Below are positions 9,631 through 20,637 of a DNA stretch of 64,000 nt, one piece after another. The DNA lies in NCBI GenBank assembly GCA_023252275.1, contig JAHHGO010000001.1, positions 3,708-67,707 on the forward strand. Reading direction: 5' to 3'. The notes under the pieces are model-generated. The model was not told the DNA's origin. It did no database searches and saw only the letters and a program-made list of their open reading frames with translations. Positions within the stretch are counted from its first letter, which is position 1. Each line of letters opens with the position of its first letter. The position numbers and the translations under genes are program-made. This DNA is from Alphaproteobacteria bacterium (GTDB lineage: Bacteria > Pseudomonadota > Alphaproteobacteria > UBA11222).

Positions 9631-10602
9631 ATGTTCGCAATTATGTGCTCAGGAACTGATTTGACGGCCGCTCCGGCGGCCTTGCATGGAAAGTATCATT
9701 TGCCGGATTCGCCCCCCTTTCAGAACACCGTAAACACCCGGTTTGCGCCCAGCCCGACAGGCCTGCTGCATGTTGGGCATGCTGTTGCGGCGATTGTGGC
9801 GCATGATCTGGCGCGCCAGACAGGTGGTCAGTTTTTTTTGCGCATTGATGATCTTGACGCCACGCGCTGCCGCCCGGAGTTTGAAGCCGCGATTTATGAG
9901 GATTTGCGCTGGCTGGGTCTGGACTGGAATGTGGCCGTCCGGCGGCAGTCGGAATGTCTGGCGGAATATGCTGCGGCGCTGGATCGTCTGCGCGCGCGAG
10001 GCATGATCTATGCGTGCTTTTGCACCCGGCGCGAAATTGTTGCCGAGGCTTCTCGCGCGATGGCCGCGCCGCATGGCATGGAAGGCCCCGCCTATCCCGG
10101 CACATGCCGGCGGCGATCATCTGATGAAGTTCACGCCCGTACGCAAATAGGCGAGATGCATGCGCTGCGTCTTGATTGCGCAAAAGCAATGGCCGGTTTG
10201 CGCAAGCCGCTGACATTTCAGGAGCAAGGCGAAGGCCCCGGGGCCGAAACGGGGGAAATCCAGGCCCGGCCGGATATGCTTGGCGATATTGTTCTGGCGC
10301 GCGGCGGGCCAGACGGCGTTGCGGGGTTCAGCTATCATCTGGCGGTGGTGATCGATGACGCCGCGCAGAATATTGGCTGTGTTTCACGCGGGCGCGATCT
10401 GTTTTTTGCCACGCATGCGCAGCGCCTGTTGCAGGAAATGCTGGAAATACCCGTGCCGCATTATCTGCATCACGCGCTTGCGGTGGATGATAGCGGCAAA
10501 CGGCTTGCCAAGCGGCATGACGCCCTAAGCCTGAGGCATTTACGGGAGCAGGGGCTGCCGCCCGCGCAGGTGCGGGCTATGGCGCTGGCCGTTGTAAATT
10601 AG
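9631..10602 (+). CDS. gluQ: Glutamyl-Q tRNA(Asp) synthetase (truncated GluRS paralog)
   Basis: RFAPSPTGLLHVGHA (HIGH motif), class-I aaRS catalytic core without anticodon-binding domain; ATG at 9631 avoids overlap with the convergent esterase gene (track start 9532). Confidence 0.75.
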   Translation: MFAIMCSGTDLTAAPAALHGKYHLPDSPPFQNTVNTRFAPSPTGLLHVGHAVAAIVAHDLARQTGGQFFLRIDDLDATRCRPEFEAAIYEDLRWLGLDWNVAVRRQSECLAEYAAALDRLRARGMIYACFCTRREIVAEASRAMAAPHGMEGPAYPGTCRRRSSDEVHARTQIGEMHALRLDCAKAMAGLRKPLTFQEQGEGPGAETGEIQARPDMLGDIVLARGGPDGVAGFSYHLAVVIDDAAQNIGCVSRGRDLFFATHAQRLLQEMLEIPVPHYLHHALAVDDSGKRLAKRHDALSLRHLREQGLPPAQVRAMALAVVN

Positions 10603-12485
10603 CCGGCGGAACGGATTTCAATATCCGCAACATTGGAGCTGATCTGAGCGGATTTGCGCGCCCTTGCCCATTTGACCAGATCTTCCAGCGGCAATGGCTT
10701 GCTGTAATAGTAACCCTGCACCTGATCGCAATTTTCCTGACGCAGAATATGCAGCTGTTTTTCGTTCTCCACGCCCTCGGCAATGACCCGCAAATGCAGG
10801 CTGTGCGCCAGCGCGATGACGGCGCGCACAATGGCGATATCTTCCGCGTTCTCGGACATTTCGGTAATGAATGAACGGTCGATCTTCAATGTGCTCAGCG
10901 GGAACTGGCGCAGATAGGTCAGTGACGAATAGCCGGTGCCAAAATCATCCAGCGCCAGGCCAATGCCCAGCAGATAAAGCGAATTAATCGTCATGGAGGA
11001 TTTTTCAATCTCTTCCATGACCATGGTTTCAGTAATTTCCACTTCAAAGCGCTTGGGTGGCAGGCCTGTTTCCTTCAGTATTTTTCTGATCAGGCCTGCA
11101 AGGTCATTATGAAGCAGCAAATTCGCCGACAGATTGACAGATACGCGTTCAATATCAAGGCCCTGATCCAGGCATCGCCTCATATCGCTCGCCGCTGTCT
11201 TCATGACCCATTCCGTCATTGGCAGGATAAGTCCGGATGTCTCGGCCATCGGCACGAACATTACGGGTGGTATCATGCCGCGCACGGGATGCTGCCAGCG
11301 CACCAGCGCCTCAACGCCGCGTAACAGGCCGGTATTGATGTCCACCTGCGGCTGATAATGCAATCGCAACTGGTTGTCATGGATGGCGTCATTCAGCTCG
11401 TCTTCCAGCTGCCTGCGCAATCTGACCTGTTCGTTCAAGGCGGCGTCGAAAAGCTGATAATCACGGGAGCCGTCACGCTTGGCGCCGGAAAGCGCAATCT
11501 GCGCATTCCCGAGCAGGGTTTCGGGATTTTTGGCGTCCCGGGGGTAAATTGAGGCGCCGATACTGCAGGTTATGTTCAGCGCCTGATCGCTGATAAAAAA
11601 AGGTTCCGTCATCACGGCTGAAATTTTCTGCGCCATGGCGTCCACAATCCGTGTCGCGCCCGGGCTGCTGATCAGTACACAGAATTCATCTCCGCCCAGC
11701 CTTGCAACAGTATCGGTAAGCCTCATACACTGGCGCAAGCGCTGGGCCGCCTGTTGCAAAACCATGTCGCCCGCGGCGGCGCCATATCTGTCGTTGATGT
11801 CCTTGAAATTATCAATATCAATGACCAGCAGGGAAACGGTGCGATCAAACCGCTCAGCATGACCCAGCGTATTTTTCAGCCTTGACTGGAAATAGGCGCG
11901 ATTGATCAGGCCGGTTAAATGGTCCTGATAGGCAAGGCGGCGCAAATTGCGTTCCGCCCATTTGCGCTTTACGCGCTCGCGGCGCAGCACCGCCGCATGT
12001 TTTATTATTTCTGCGCGCGGCAGCTTCGGGCCGATTGCGTTGGCGCGGGAATGGTTGACTGGATTTTTGGCATTATTGCGGCCGAGAATAATCTGGTACT
12101 GGCGTCCGCCAATCCAGTGGTTTGCGCAGGTCAACTCTAGGCTGCTCCAGCCTGCTTCAGGGGATCCGAGCCTGCAAAAGCTGCGCGCGCCCACGCCGGG
12201 CACGGGCGTTCCGCCGGGCGCGGGCCACCAGGAATCAAGCGTCCAGTGGTCCGCCTCATGCACCAGTGAAATGAAATGACTGCCGGTCGGATCATCCGCA
12301 AAACCGCCTTCACGGCCAAGCAAATGCAGGGCCTTGTCATTGATAAACACTATCAGGCCGTCCAGGCACAGACAGGCAAAATCCTCACTCCCTGAAATCA
12401 GGCTCAATATTTTCGAGTTCTTCAGTGAAATATCACCTGAAAAATTGTTCCCCATGCTCACCAGGCGCTCCCATTGGCAACACAA
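10599..12485 (-). CDS. Diguanylate cyclase/phosphodiesterase (PAS-like - GGDEF - EAL)
   Basis: RLGGDEF motif, EAL-domain motifs (EVEITET, DDFGTGYSSL); alternative start MGNNFSG at 12455. Confidence 0.85.
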   Translation of the reverse strand: MCCQWERLVSMGNNFSGDISLKNSKILSLISGSEDFACLCLDGLIVFINDKALHLLGREGGFADDPTGSHFISLVHEADHWTLDSWWPAPGGTPVPGVGARSFCRLGSPEAGWSSLELTCANHWIGGRQYQIILGRNNAKNPVNHSRANAIGPKLPRAEIIKHAAVLRRERVKRKWAERNLRRLAYQDHLTGLINRAYFQSRLKNTLGHAERFDRTVSLLVIDIDNFKDINDRYGAAAGDMVLQQAAQRLRQCMRLTDTVARLGGDEFCVLISSPGATRIVDAMAQKISAVMTEPFFISDQALNITCSIGASIYPRDAKNPETLLGNAQIALSGAKRDGSRDYQLFDAALNEQVRLRRQLEDELNDAIHDNQLRLHYQPQVDINTGLLRGVEALVRWQHPVRGMIPPVMFVPMAETSGLILPMTEWVMKTAASDMRRCLDQGLDIERVSVNLSANLLLHNDLAGLIRKILKETGLPPKRFEVEITETMVMEEIEKSSMTINSLYLLGIGLALDDFGTGYSSLTYLRQFPLSTLKIDRSFITEMSENAEDIAIVRAVIALAHSLHLRVIAEGVENEKQLHILRQENCDQVQGYYYSKPLPLEDLVKWARARKSAQISSNVADIEIRSAG

Positions 12486-12644
12486 TCCATTTGTCTGACG
12501 GCTGTCAGAGAAATAAACTTGAGGATTGTCAACCCGGTGCCAAATTTATACGAGATTAGGTAAGATTTCGTTAAGCGGCCTGTTTGGCGGCGCACATTTG
12601 AGGGGTTATTTTTCTAACCAAATTATGTATAAAAAATTGCCGGT

Positions 12645-13565
12645 CTAGCGGATGCGGGTTTCGAAATGGGTAATCTGATGATCATTGCCTTTATGCAGGA
12701 TCAGGTCGGCGCGCGGCCGGGAAGGTAGAATATGGTCGTTCAGATTCCTGCCATTGATGGCCGTCCAGACAAAATTCACAACTTCCAGCCGCTGCTCGGG
12801 GCTTAACGGCACAAAGCGTGAATAAAAGGATTTGTTGTTGTTAACAGCTGTTTCTATCAGCGCCAGAAAGCGTTGCGTGTACCATTCGCGTATCAGCTCT
12901 TCCTCCGCATGCAGATAGATGGAAAAATCGTAAAAATCCGAGGCCAGCAGATGATCCCCGTCCCGTTCCGGCAGACTGGGCAGCAATGTGTTGACGCCTT
13001 CCATAATGACGATCTGCGGGGCCTGAAGCAGGATCCCCTGATCGGGCAGCACGTCATAAATGTCGTGCGAATAGACGGGCGCCGCGATCCCGGTTTCGCC
13101 GGTTTTCAGCCGCCGGAGAAAATCCACAAGCTGGCCGGTGTCAAAACTTTCCGGAAAGCCCTTGCGCTCCATCAGGCTGCGCTGTTCCAGCACCGCATTG
13201 GGAAACAGAAATCCGTCTGTGGTCACCAGCGCCACGTCAGGGTGTTCCGGCCAGGCGGACAGGGCGCGTTGCAAAAGCCGGGCTGTAGTGCTTTTGCCGA
13301 CGGCGACGCTGCCGGCCAGGCCAATTATGAAGGGCGCGGGTACAGCAGGCGCGCCCAGCGCGGCGCTCGTTTGCGCGCGAAGCGCCTGCCAGGCGCTGAA
13401 ACGGCGCTGAATGAGCGCGGCAAGCGGCAGATAGACAGTGGCCAGTTCATCCGCGTCTTGAGCCGGAAGCCCCGGTTGCGCCAGCAGGGCGGCGCTTTTA
13501 ACCGCTCCAGGGACCTGCTCCAGAAGCCGCGTCAGGGCGGCGCGCTCATAATGTTGAAAGGCCAT
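12645..13565 (-). CDS. coaA: Type I pantothenate kinase
   Basis: P-loop GSVAVGKST, IVIMEG motif; start taken at MAFQHYE (ATG 13565), track ORF extends to 13643. Confidence 0.85.
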   Translation of the reverse strand: MAFQHYERAALTRLLEQVPGAVKSAALLAQPGLPAQDADELATVYLPLAALIQRRFSAWQALRAQTSAALGAPAVPAPFIIGLAGSVAVGKSTTARLLQRALSAWPEHPDVALVTTDGFLFPNAVLEQRSLMERKGFPESFDTGQLVDFLRRLKTGETGIAAPVYSHDIYDVLPDQGILLQAPQIVIMEGVNTLLPSLPERDGDHLLASDFYDFSIYLHAEEELIREWYTQRFLALIETAVNNNKSFYSRFVPLSPEQRLEVVNFVWTAINGRNLNDHILPSRPRADLILHKGNDHQITHFETRIR

Positions 13566-13663
13566 GTTCCTGATCCTCACATCCAGCCCGTCATTTATAG
13601 CACGGAAAAAATCCGTGCAGCATACGCTTGACCTGGGGCGCATTAGTGTGATTCTGTCCGAAA

Positions 13664-14014
13664 ATGGATCTGCGTCATGAAATGCGTCGAAGATTTCGCC
13701 ATGCGGCGGTGCCGGTGCTCTGCGCCTGCGCCGTGGTTTATTTTGGCTATCACGCCATCCAGGGCGATCACGGGCTAATCACCTATCTGCGCTATGGCCA
13801 GTATATCGATACGTTGCAGGCCGAGTATGACAAGACGGTGGATACCCGCCAGACGCTGGAGCATCGCGTGTCGCTGCTGCGATCCAAAAGCCTGGATCCC
13901 GATCTGCTGGAGGAACGGGCCCGGGATGTGCTGGGCTTTGCCCATCCCGATGACCGGGTCATCTATCTGGATCAGCAGCCCCCGGGCGAGGGCGGCGAGC
14001 CCAATGCCGACTGA
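13664..14014 (+). CDS. ftsB: Septum formation initiator family protein (FtsB/DivIC-like)
   Basis: 116 aa, N-terminal TM, coiled-coil; conserved position immediately upstream of pdhA in alphaproteobacteria. Confidence 0.65.
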   Translation: MDLRHEMRRRFRHAAVPVLCACAVVYFGYHAIQGDHGLITYLRYGQYIDTLQAEYDKTVDTRQTLEHRVSLLRSKSLDPDLLEERARDVLGFAHPDDRVIYLDQQPPGEGGEPNAD

Positions 14015-14115
14015 ACGCTTAATTAATCTGTCATTTCAATAATTAATTGATAATTTACGGTGTAACGCCGATTAAGTATCTGTTGAAGTATGAACAGAGG
14101 GAGCACGGGCCTGGT

Positions 14116-15132
14116 ATGGTTGCCGCGTCTAACAAGAAATCCGCCCGGGCCGCGTCTGACAAAGCGCCATCAAACTCAGGCATACAGGACCTGCCGGGTT
14201 TATACCGGGAAATGCTGCTGATCCGCAGGTTTGAGGAGCGGGCGGGCCAGATGTATGGCATGGGCCTGATCGGCGGGTTCTGCCATCTCTATATCGGGCA
14301 GGAAGCTGTGGTTGTCGGCATGAAGGCCGCCACGCAGGAAGGCGATCAGATGATCACCGCCTATCGCGATCATGGTCATATGCTGGCCATGGGGCTGGAT
14401 CCCAAGGGCGTCATGGCGGAACTGACCGGGCGCGAAGGGGGCCTGTCGCGCGGCAAGGGCGGCTCCATGCATATGTTCAGTGTCGAGAAGAATTTCTTTG
14501 GCGGGCACGGCATTGTCGGGGCGCAGGTGCCGCTGGGCACGGGGCTTGCCTTCGCCAACGCCTATCGCGGCAATGGCGCCGTCTCGATCGCCTATTTCGG
14601 GGATGGGGCCAGCAATCAGGGGCAGGTCTATGAAAGCTTCAACATGGCCGAGCTGTGGCGGCTGCCGGTGATCTATGTGATCGAAAATAATCATTACGCC
14701 ATGGGCACCTCGGTTGAACGCTCCAGCGCGATGCCGGATCTGCACCGTCGCGGCGAAAGCTTCGCCATTCCGGGCCGCAAGGTGGATGGCATGGATGTAT
14801 TAAGCGTGCGCGAGGCGGCGCTGGACGCGCTGGAGCATTGCCGGTCCGGCAAGGGCCCGATCATTCTGGAAATGATGACGTACCGCTATCGCGGTCATTC
14901 CATGTCCGACCCGGCCAAATACCGCACCCAGGAAGAAGTGCAGAAGGTGCGGGCCGAGCAGGACCCGATTGACCGGGCGCGCGCCAGACTGCTGGCGGAA
15001 AATCTGATCGACGAGGCCGGCCTCAAGGAAATCGACCGCGAGGTCAGGGCCATCGTCGCCGAGGCGGCGGAATTTGCGCAAACCAGTCCCGAGCCGGATG
15101 CGGCGGAACTATACACTGATATATTGCGCTGA
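14116..15132 (+). CDS. pdhA: Pyruvate dehydrogenase E1 alpha subunit
   Basis: TPP-binding GDGA...NNHYAMGT; AGGGAG SD before the ATG at 14116 (track ORF starts at 14047 in AT-rich leader). Confidence 0.9.
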   Translation: MVAASNKKSARAASDKAPSNSGIQDLPGLYREMLLIRRFEERAGQMYGMGLIGGFCHLYIGQEAVVVGMKAATQEGDQMITAYRDHGHMLAMGLDPKGVMAELTGREGGLSRGKGGSMHMFSVEKNFFGGHGIVGAQVPLGTGLAFANAYRGNGAVSIAYFGDGASNQGQVYESFNMAELWRLPVIYVIENNHYAMGTSVERSSAMPDLHRRGESFAIPGRKVDGMDVLSVREAALDALEHCRSGKGPIILEMMTYRYRGHSMSDPAKYRTQEEVQKVRAEQDPIDRARARLLAENLIDEAGLKEIDREVRAIVAEAAEFAQTSPEPDAAELYTDILR

Positions 15133-15160
15133 ACTGCGCCGGAATGGAGCCGAAGCCGAT

Positions 15161-16552
15161 ATGCCCATCCAGTTGTTAATGCCTGCTTTATCCCCCACCA
15201 TGGAGGAAGGCAAACTTGTAAAGTGGCTGGTCGGAGAGGGCGCGAAGATTAAGGCGGGCGACATCATCGCGGAAATCGAAACCGACAAGGCGGTGATGGA
15301 ATATGAATCCGTCGATGATGGCGTGATGGGCCGTCTGCTGTTTCCCGATGGCGCGGAAGGCATCAAGATTAATACCCCCATTGCCCTGATCCTGCAGGAA
15401 GGCGAAACCGCTGCCGCGATGGATGGGCTTGCCAGTGCTGCCGCAACACCGGCGCCGGCGCCGGCAAAACCACCCGCAATGTCAAAGCCTGCCGCAGCCA
15501 TGCCCGCCGCCTCCAAGCCTGCTGCATCCATGTCCAAAGCAGCCGGACCGGAGGTTCCCGCAGGGACCAAATTTGTCAGCATGACTGTGCGCGAGGCGTT
15601 GCGCGATGCGATGGCCGAAGAAATGCGCCGGGACGGCAATGTGTTTTTGATGGGCGAGGAAGTCGGCCAGTATGAAGGCGCCTACAAGGTTTCTCAAGGC
15701 TTGCTGGCGGAGTTTGGCCCCAAGCGCGTGGTCGATACGCCGATCACCGAACATGGCTTTGCCGGCATCGGCGTTGGCGCGGCGCTAGCCGGGCTGCGGC
15801 CGATTGTTGAATTCATGACCTTCAATTTCGCCATGCAGGCGATCGATCACATTATTAATTCGGCGGCCAAGACATTGTATATGTCGGGCGGGCAGTTGGG
15901 CGCGCCGATTGTGTTTCGCGGCCCCAATGGCGCGGCGGCGCGGGTGGCGGCGCAACATTCGCAATGCTATGCGGCCTGGTATGCGCATATTCCGGGCCTG
16001 ATCGTGGTCGCGCCCTATGACGCGGCCTCGGCCAAGGGATTGCTGAAAGCCGCCATTCGCAATCCCAATCCGGTGGTGTTTCTCGAAAATGAAAAACTTT
16101 ATGGCCGCAGTTTTGACGTACCCGCGCTGGATGATTTTGTTCTGCCGCTTGGCAAGGCGCATATTGCGCGCCCCGGCCGGGATGCGACAATCGTCAGCTT
16201 TTCCATAGGGGTCGGAAAATCGCTCGAGGCCGCAGAGGCGCTGGCGGCGGAAGGCATTGATGCGGAGGTGATCGATCTGCGCACCTTGCGTCCACTGGAT
16301 ATGGAAACGGTTCTGGCCTCGGTGCGGCGCACCAATCGCTGCGTCAGCGTCGAAGAAGGCTGGCCGCAATCCGGCATCGGCGCGGAAATCGCAGCCGGCA
16401 TCATGGAGCAGGCGTTTGATGATCTGGACGCCCCGGTCATCCGGGTATGCGGCAAGGATGTGCCGATGCCCTATGCCGCCAATCTGGAAAGGCTGGCATT
16501 GCCACAGGTCGAAGACATTATCGCCGCGGTTAAATCCGTGTGTTACCGCTAG
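15161..16552 (+). CDS. pdhB: Pyruvate dehydrogenase E1 beta subunit with N-terminal lipoyl domain
   Basis: [24 protein letters not shown]...ETDKA lipoyl-attachment domain, Ala/Pro linker, transketolase-like E1 beta core; typical alphaproteobacterial architecture. Confidence 0.9.
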   Translation: MPIQLLMPALSPTMEEGKLVKWLVGEGAKIKAGDIIAEIETDKAVMEYESVDDGVMGRLLFPDGAEGIKINTPIALILQEGETAAAMDGLASAAATPAPAPAKPPAMSKPAAAMPAASKPAASMSKAAGPEVPAGTKFVSMTVREALRDAMAEEMRRDGNVFLMGEEVGQYEGAYKVSQGLLAEFGPKRVVDTPITEHGFAGIGVGAALAGLRPIVEFMTFNFAMQAIDHIINSAAKTLYMSGGQLGAPIVFRGPNGAAARVAAQHSQCYAAWYAHIPGLIVVAPYDAASAKGLLKAAIRNPNPVVFLENEKLYGRSFDVPALDDFVLPLGKAHIARPGRDATIVSFSIGVGKSLEAAEALAAEGIDAEVIDLRTLRPLDMETVLASVRRTNRCVSVEEGWPQSGIGAEIAAGIMEQAFDDLDAPVIRVCGKDVPMPYAANLERLALPQVEDIIAAVKSVCYR

Positions 16553-16562
16553 GATCGCGCGC

Positions 16563-17858
16563 ATGATCACCATCACCATGCCCGCCCTGTCGCCCACCAT
16601 GGAAGAAGGCAAGCTTGCCAAATGGCTGGTCAAGGAAGGCGACACGGTTTCGGCGGGCGATATTATCGCCGAGATCGAAACCGACAAGGCGACGATGGAA
16701 TATGAATCCATCGACGATGGCATTGTCGGAAAATTACTGGTCAGTGAAGGCCAGGAGGCGATCAAGATCAATGCCCCGATTGCGGTGCTGCTGGAGGCCG
16801 GCGAAGACAAGGCGTCGCTCGCCAACTTCAAAGCGCCCGCCATTCAGCCGGCCGCTGCTCCCAAGGCCGCTTCCGCGGAACCTGCAATGGCCATGAAATC
16901 CGATGGGGCGAAATCCGCCATGGCGGCATCCGCGTATCCGGCCGCGGCCCCGGTCAGAACAGGCTCCAATGCCCGCATCGCCGCCAGTCCGCTGGCCCGG
17001 CGGCTGGCCGCGCAAAAGGGGCTGGATCTCGCCCGCATCACCGGCAGCGGGCCACATGGCCGCATCATCAAACGCGATCTGGAGAGCGTGCAGCCAATGG
17101 CCGCCCCGGCGCCCGGCACAGCCGGCGCGCCATCCGCTAAAGAGACAGCGCTGTTCGCCGAAGGCTCTTATGAAATTGTGGCGCACACGCCGATGCGCAA
17201 AACCATTGCCCGGCGGCTGACAGAATCCAAAACCACCATCCCGCATTTCTATCTGACCATTGATTGCGATCTGGATGCATTGCTGGAGATGCGCGGGAAA
17301 CTGAATGCGCTATCGCCAAAAGATGCGGGCGCCTACAAGCTCAGCGTCAATGATTTCATCATTCGCGCCAGCGCGCTGGCGTTGAAGCGGGTGCCCGAGG
17401 CGCATGCGTCCTGGACGGATGCGGGCCTGCTGCGCCACAAGCATGCCGATATAGGCGTTGCGGTTTCCATTGACGGGGGGCTGATCACGCCGATCATCCG
17501 TCAGGCGGATGGCATGGGGCTGGCGGAAATTTCCAACACCATGCGCGATCTGGCCGAACGGGCGCGGGTGCGCAAGCTGAAGCCCGCCGAATATGAAGGC
17601 GGTACATTTTCAATTTCCAATCTTGGCATGTTTGGCATCCGGGAATTTTCCGCGGTGATCAATCCGCCGCATAGTATGATCCTGGCGGTTGGCGCGGGCG
17701 AGCAGCGTCCGGTGGTGAAGAATGGCGCGCTGGCCATTGCCACGCAGATGAGCTGCACCCTGTCTTGCGACCACCGGGTCGTCGATGGTGTGCTCGGCGC
17801 GCAGTTTCTGAATGTGTTCAGGGGGTTTATTGAAAATCCGCTGACCCTCATGCTGTGA
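16563..17858 (+). CDS. pdhC: Dihydrolipoamide acetyltransferase (E2) of pyruvate dehydrogenase
   Basis: Lipoyl domain ([11 protein letters not shown]), E3-binding domain, catalytic 2-oxoacid dehydrogenase acyltransferase domain (DHRVVDG). Confidence 0.9.
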   Translation: MITITMPALSPTMEEGKLAKWLVKEGDTVSAGDIIAEIETDKATMEYESIDDGIVGKLLVSEGQEAIKINAPIAVLLEAGEDKASLANFKAPAIQPAAAPKAASAEPAMAMKSDGAKSAMAASAYPAAAPVRTGSNARIAASPLARRLAAQKGLDLARITGSGPHGRIIKRDLESVQPMAAPAPGTAGAPSAKETALFAEGSYEIVAHTPMRKTIARRLTESKTTIPHFYLTIDCDLDALLEMRGKLNALSPKDAGAYKLSVNDFIIRASALALKRVPEAHASWTDAGLLRHKHADIGVAVSIDGGLITPIIRQADGMGLAEISNTMRDLAERARVRKLKPAEYEGGTFSISNLGMFGIREFSAVINPPHSMILAVGAGEQRPVVKNGALAIATQMSCTLSCDHRVVDGVLGAQFLNVFRGFIENPLTLML

Positions 17859-17881
17859 GAATGGCTATGACATCTGTTTTA

Positions 17882-17978
17882 CGTCATTGCGAGCGAAGCG
17901 TGGCAATCCAGAGTCACAAACACAAGCCTTGCCGTGAGACTCTGGATCGCCACGCCGCTGCGCGGCTCGCGATGACGA
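17882..17978. repeat. Nested imperfect palindrome in the pdhC-lpdA intergenic region
   Basis: Outer arms cgtcattgcgagc (17882-17894) / gctcgcgatgacg (17966-17978); inner arms atccagagtc (17906-17915) / gactctggat (17938-17947). Confidence 0.5.
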
Positions 17979-17997
17979 TCAATTTATGCTGGTGTAA

Positions 17998-19401
17998 TTG
18001 ATGGCTGAAAACTCCTTTGACGTGGCGGTGATCGGATCGGGCCCGGGCGGTTATGTGGCGGCCATTCGCGCGGCGCAACTGGGGCTGTCGGTTGCCATCA
18101 TCGAGCGCGATCAGCTGGGCGGCATCTGTCTGAACTGGGGCTGTATCCCAACCAAGGCGCTGCTGCGATCGGCGGAAGTTTTTCATCTGGCGCAGCATTT
18201 GGATGCGTTCGGGCTGGCGGCCGATAATGTGCGCTTTGACGCGGCCAAAATTGTCAAGCGCAGCCGCGATGTGGCGTCGCGCCTGAATATGGGCGTCAAA
18301 CATCTGCTGAAAAAAAATAAGGTGACGGTGATCGAAGGCGCAGCCGCGCTGGCGGGCAAGGGAAAAATTTCGGTCACAGCCAATGGCAAGGCGCAGGACG
18401 TGACGGCGAAAAACATCATTCTGGCCACCGGCGCGCGCGCGCGGCAAATGCCGGGGCTTGAAACGGATGGCAAGCTGGTCTGGTCCTATCGCGAAGCCAT
18501 GGTTCCGGACGCCATTCCAAAATCGCTGCTGGTGGTGGGATCGGGCGCCATCGGCATCGAGTTTGCCAGCTTCTATCGCACCATGGGCAGCGATGTGACC
18601 GTGGTCGAGCTGCTGGATCGCGTACTGCCGGTGGAGGATGCCGAAATTTCCGCGCTGGCCCGCAAGGCGTTTGAAAAACAGGGCATGAAAATTCATACAG
18701 GCGCCAGTGTCACGGGGCTTTCGCGCGGCGTGGATAATGTCACGGCTAAAATTGATCTGGGCGGCGGCAAGACCGAAACGCTTGGCGTCGCGCGGGTGAT
18801 CATGGCGGTCGGCATTACCGGCAATGTGGAAAATCTGGGGCTGGAGGCTGCGGGGGTTAAGATCGAAAAATCCCATGTGGTGGTCAATGAATGGTGCGAA
18901 ACCGGGGTGCCGGGCGTTTACGCCATCGGCGATCTGGCTGGGCCGCCCTGGCTGGCGCACAAGGCCAGTCATGAAGGCGTGATCGCGGCCGAGCGCATTG
19001 CCGGACTGAAGGGCCTGCATCCGATGGACAAGTCGAATGTGCCCGGCTGCACCTATTGCATGCCGCAGGTCGCCAGTGTGGGCTTGACCGAGGCGGCGGC
19101 CAAGGCAGCGGGGCGCGAGGTGCGCGTGGGCCGGTTTCCCTTCGCGGGCAATGGCAAGGCCATTGCGATGGGCGAGACGGAAGGCCTGGTAAAAACCGTA
19201 TTCGACGCCAAAACCGGCGAATTGCTGGGGGCGCATATGATCGGGGCCGAGGTTACCGAACTGATTCAGGGCTATTGCGTCGCCAAAAGCCTTGAGACAA
19301 CCGAAGCCGAATTGATGCACACCATCTTTGCGCACCCGACCTTGAGCGAAATGATGCATGAAAGCGTGCTGGATGCCTATGGCCGGGTTATTCATTTTTA
19401 A
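17998..19401 (+). CDS. lpdA: Dihydrolipoamide dehydrogenase (E3)
   Basis: FAD motif GSGPGGYVAA, redox-active disulfide GGICLNWGCIPTK, C-terminal dimerisation HAHPTLSE. Confidence 0.9.
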   Translation: MMAENSFDVAVIGSGPGGYVAAIRAAQLGLSVAIIERDQLGGICLNWGCIPTKALLRSAEVFHLAQHLDAFGLAADNVRFDAAKIVKRSRDVASRLNMGVKHLLKKNKVTVIEGAAALAGKGKISVTANGKAQDVTAKNIILATGARARQMPGLETDGKLVWSYREAMVPDAIPKSLLVVGSGAIGIEFASFYRTMGSDVTVVELLDRVLPVEDAEISALARKAFEKQGMKIHTGASVTGLSRGVDNVTAKIDLGGGKTETLGVARVIMAVGITGNVENLGLEAAGVKIEKSHVVVNEWCETGVPGVYAIGDLAGPPWLAHKASHEGVIAAERIAGLKGLHPMDKSNVPGCTYCMPQVASVGLTEAAAKAAGREVRVGRFPFAGNGKAIAMGETEGLVKTVFDAKTGELLGAHMIGAEVTELIQGYCVAKSLETTEAELMHTIFAHPTLSEMMHESVLDAYGRVIHF

Positions 19402-19458
19402 TTGTTGTGGCCATATGAGCATGAATGGTTGCATTGGCTATAAGGATGAACTTTAGGC

Positions 19459-20625
19459 ATGGCGCTTGAATCCGCAATAGGTTCGGCTAACACGACGCGG
19501 GCGTCGTCCTCACTGACTCTGGGGATGAAAATCAGCCGCATCAATTGGCCGCTGCTGGTCATGCTCAGTTTGATCGCCTGTTATGGCACGGCGATTTTAT
19601 ATTCCGCGGGGCGCGGCTGGTCTCCCTGGGCGTGGATGCATCTGTTGCGCTTTGGCGTTGGCGTCGTGATGATGCTTGTAGTGGCGTTGATTGATATCCG
19701 CCACTGGATGCGGCTGGCCTATCCGATCTATGTTCTTGGCCTGATTTTGCTGATCTGGGTTGAGGTGGCCGGTGACATCGGCATGGGCGCGCAGCGCTGG
19801 ATCAATCTTGGTTTTATGCAGTTGCAGCCATCTGAAATTATGAAGGTCGCGCTGGTGCTGGTCTATGCGCGTTATTTTCATATCATCAATCCGGGGCGCA
19901 TTTCGCACCCGGTGTCTCTATTGCTGCCGCTGGCGCTGCTGGTGATACCTGTTGCTCTGGTCATGCGCCAGCCGGACCTTGGCACAGCGCTGCTTCTGCT
20001 GGCGGGTTCGGGCGGGCTGATGTTTCTGGCTGGGGTTTCCTGGATTTATTTTGCATCCGCCATTGCGGCGGTGGCTGCAGCGCTGCCCATTGCATGGGGA
20101 TTTCTGCGTGATTACCAGAAAAACCGTGTGCTGACATTCCTCAATCCCGAAGCGGATCCGCTCGGAACCGGCTATCATATCATGCAGTCGAAAATCGCCT
20201 TTGGCTCCGGCGGCGTATTTGGCAAGGGATATATGCAAGGCACCCAAAGCCACCTGGACTTTCTGCCTGAAATGCAGACGGATTTTATTTTCACCATGCT
20301 GGCCGAAGAAATGGGCATGATCGGCGCGCTGGTTCTGCTGTGCCTGTTCGGTGCGGTGATTGCCTATGGCTATATTATCGCCATGCGGGTGCGTCATCAA
20401 TTTGGCCGGCTGATCGTGCTTGGCGTTATTCTGAATTTTTCGGTCTATGTATTTATCAATATGTCGATGGTGATGGGCCTGATCCCGGTGGTGGGTGTGC
20501 CCTTGCCGTTTGTTTCCTATGGCGGCACCGCCATGCTATCCTTGCTGTTCGGGTTTGGCCTGTTATTGAGCGCTTCGGTGCATCGCGGTGTGCCTATCCC
20601 GGAAAACACGGGAATGTTCCTGTAG
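19459..20625 (+). CDS. SEDS-family peptidoglycan glycosyltransferase (RodA/FtsW homolog)
   Basis: 10 TM; RWINLGFMQLQPSEIMK SEDS signature. Confidence 0.7.
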   Translation: MALESAIGSANTTRASSSLTLGMKISRINWPLLVMLSLIACYGTAILYSAGRGWSPWAWMHLLRFGVGVVMMLVVALIDIRHWMRLAYPIYVLGLILLIWVEVAGDIGMGAQRWINLGFMQLQPSEIMKVALVLVYARYFHIINPGRISHPVSLLLPLALLVIPVALVMRQPDLGTALLLLAGSGGLMFLAGVSWIYFASAIAAVAAALPIAWGFLRDYQKNRVLTFLNPEADPLGTGYHIMQSKIAFGSGGVFGKGYMQGTQSHLDFLPEMQTDFIFTMLAEEMGMIGALVLLCLFGAVIAYGYIIAMRVRHQFGRLIVLGVILNFSVYVFINMSMVMGLIPVVGVPLPFVSYGGTAMLSLLFGFGLLLSASVHRGVPIPENTGMFL

Positions 20626-20637
20626 CGAGGTAATCAC

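Noticed and set aside
15785-16843. 352-aa minus-strand ORF spanning the pdhB/pdhC junction
   Set aside because: Antisense to two genes with unmistakable lipoyl-domain and E1-beta motifs.
17914-19434. 506-aa minus-strand ORF antisense to lpdA
   Set aside because: lpdA frame has FAD and redox-disulfide motifs; antisense translation is low complexity.
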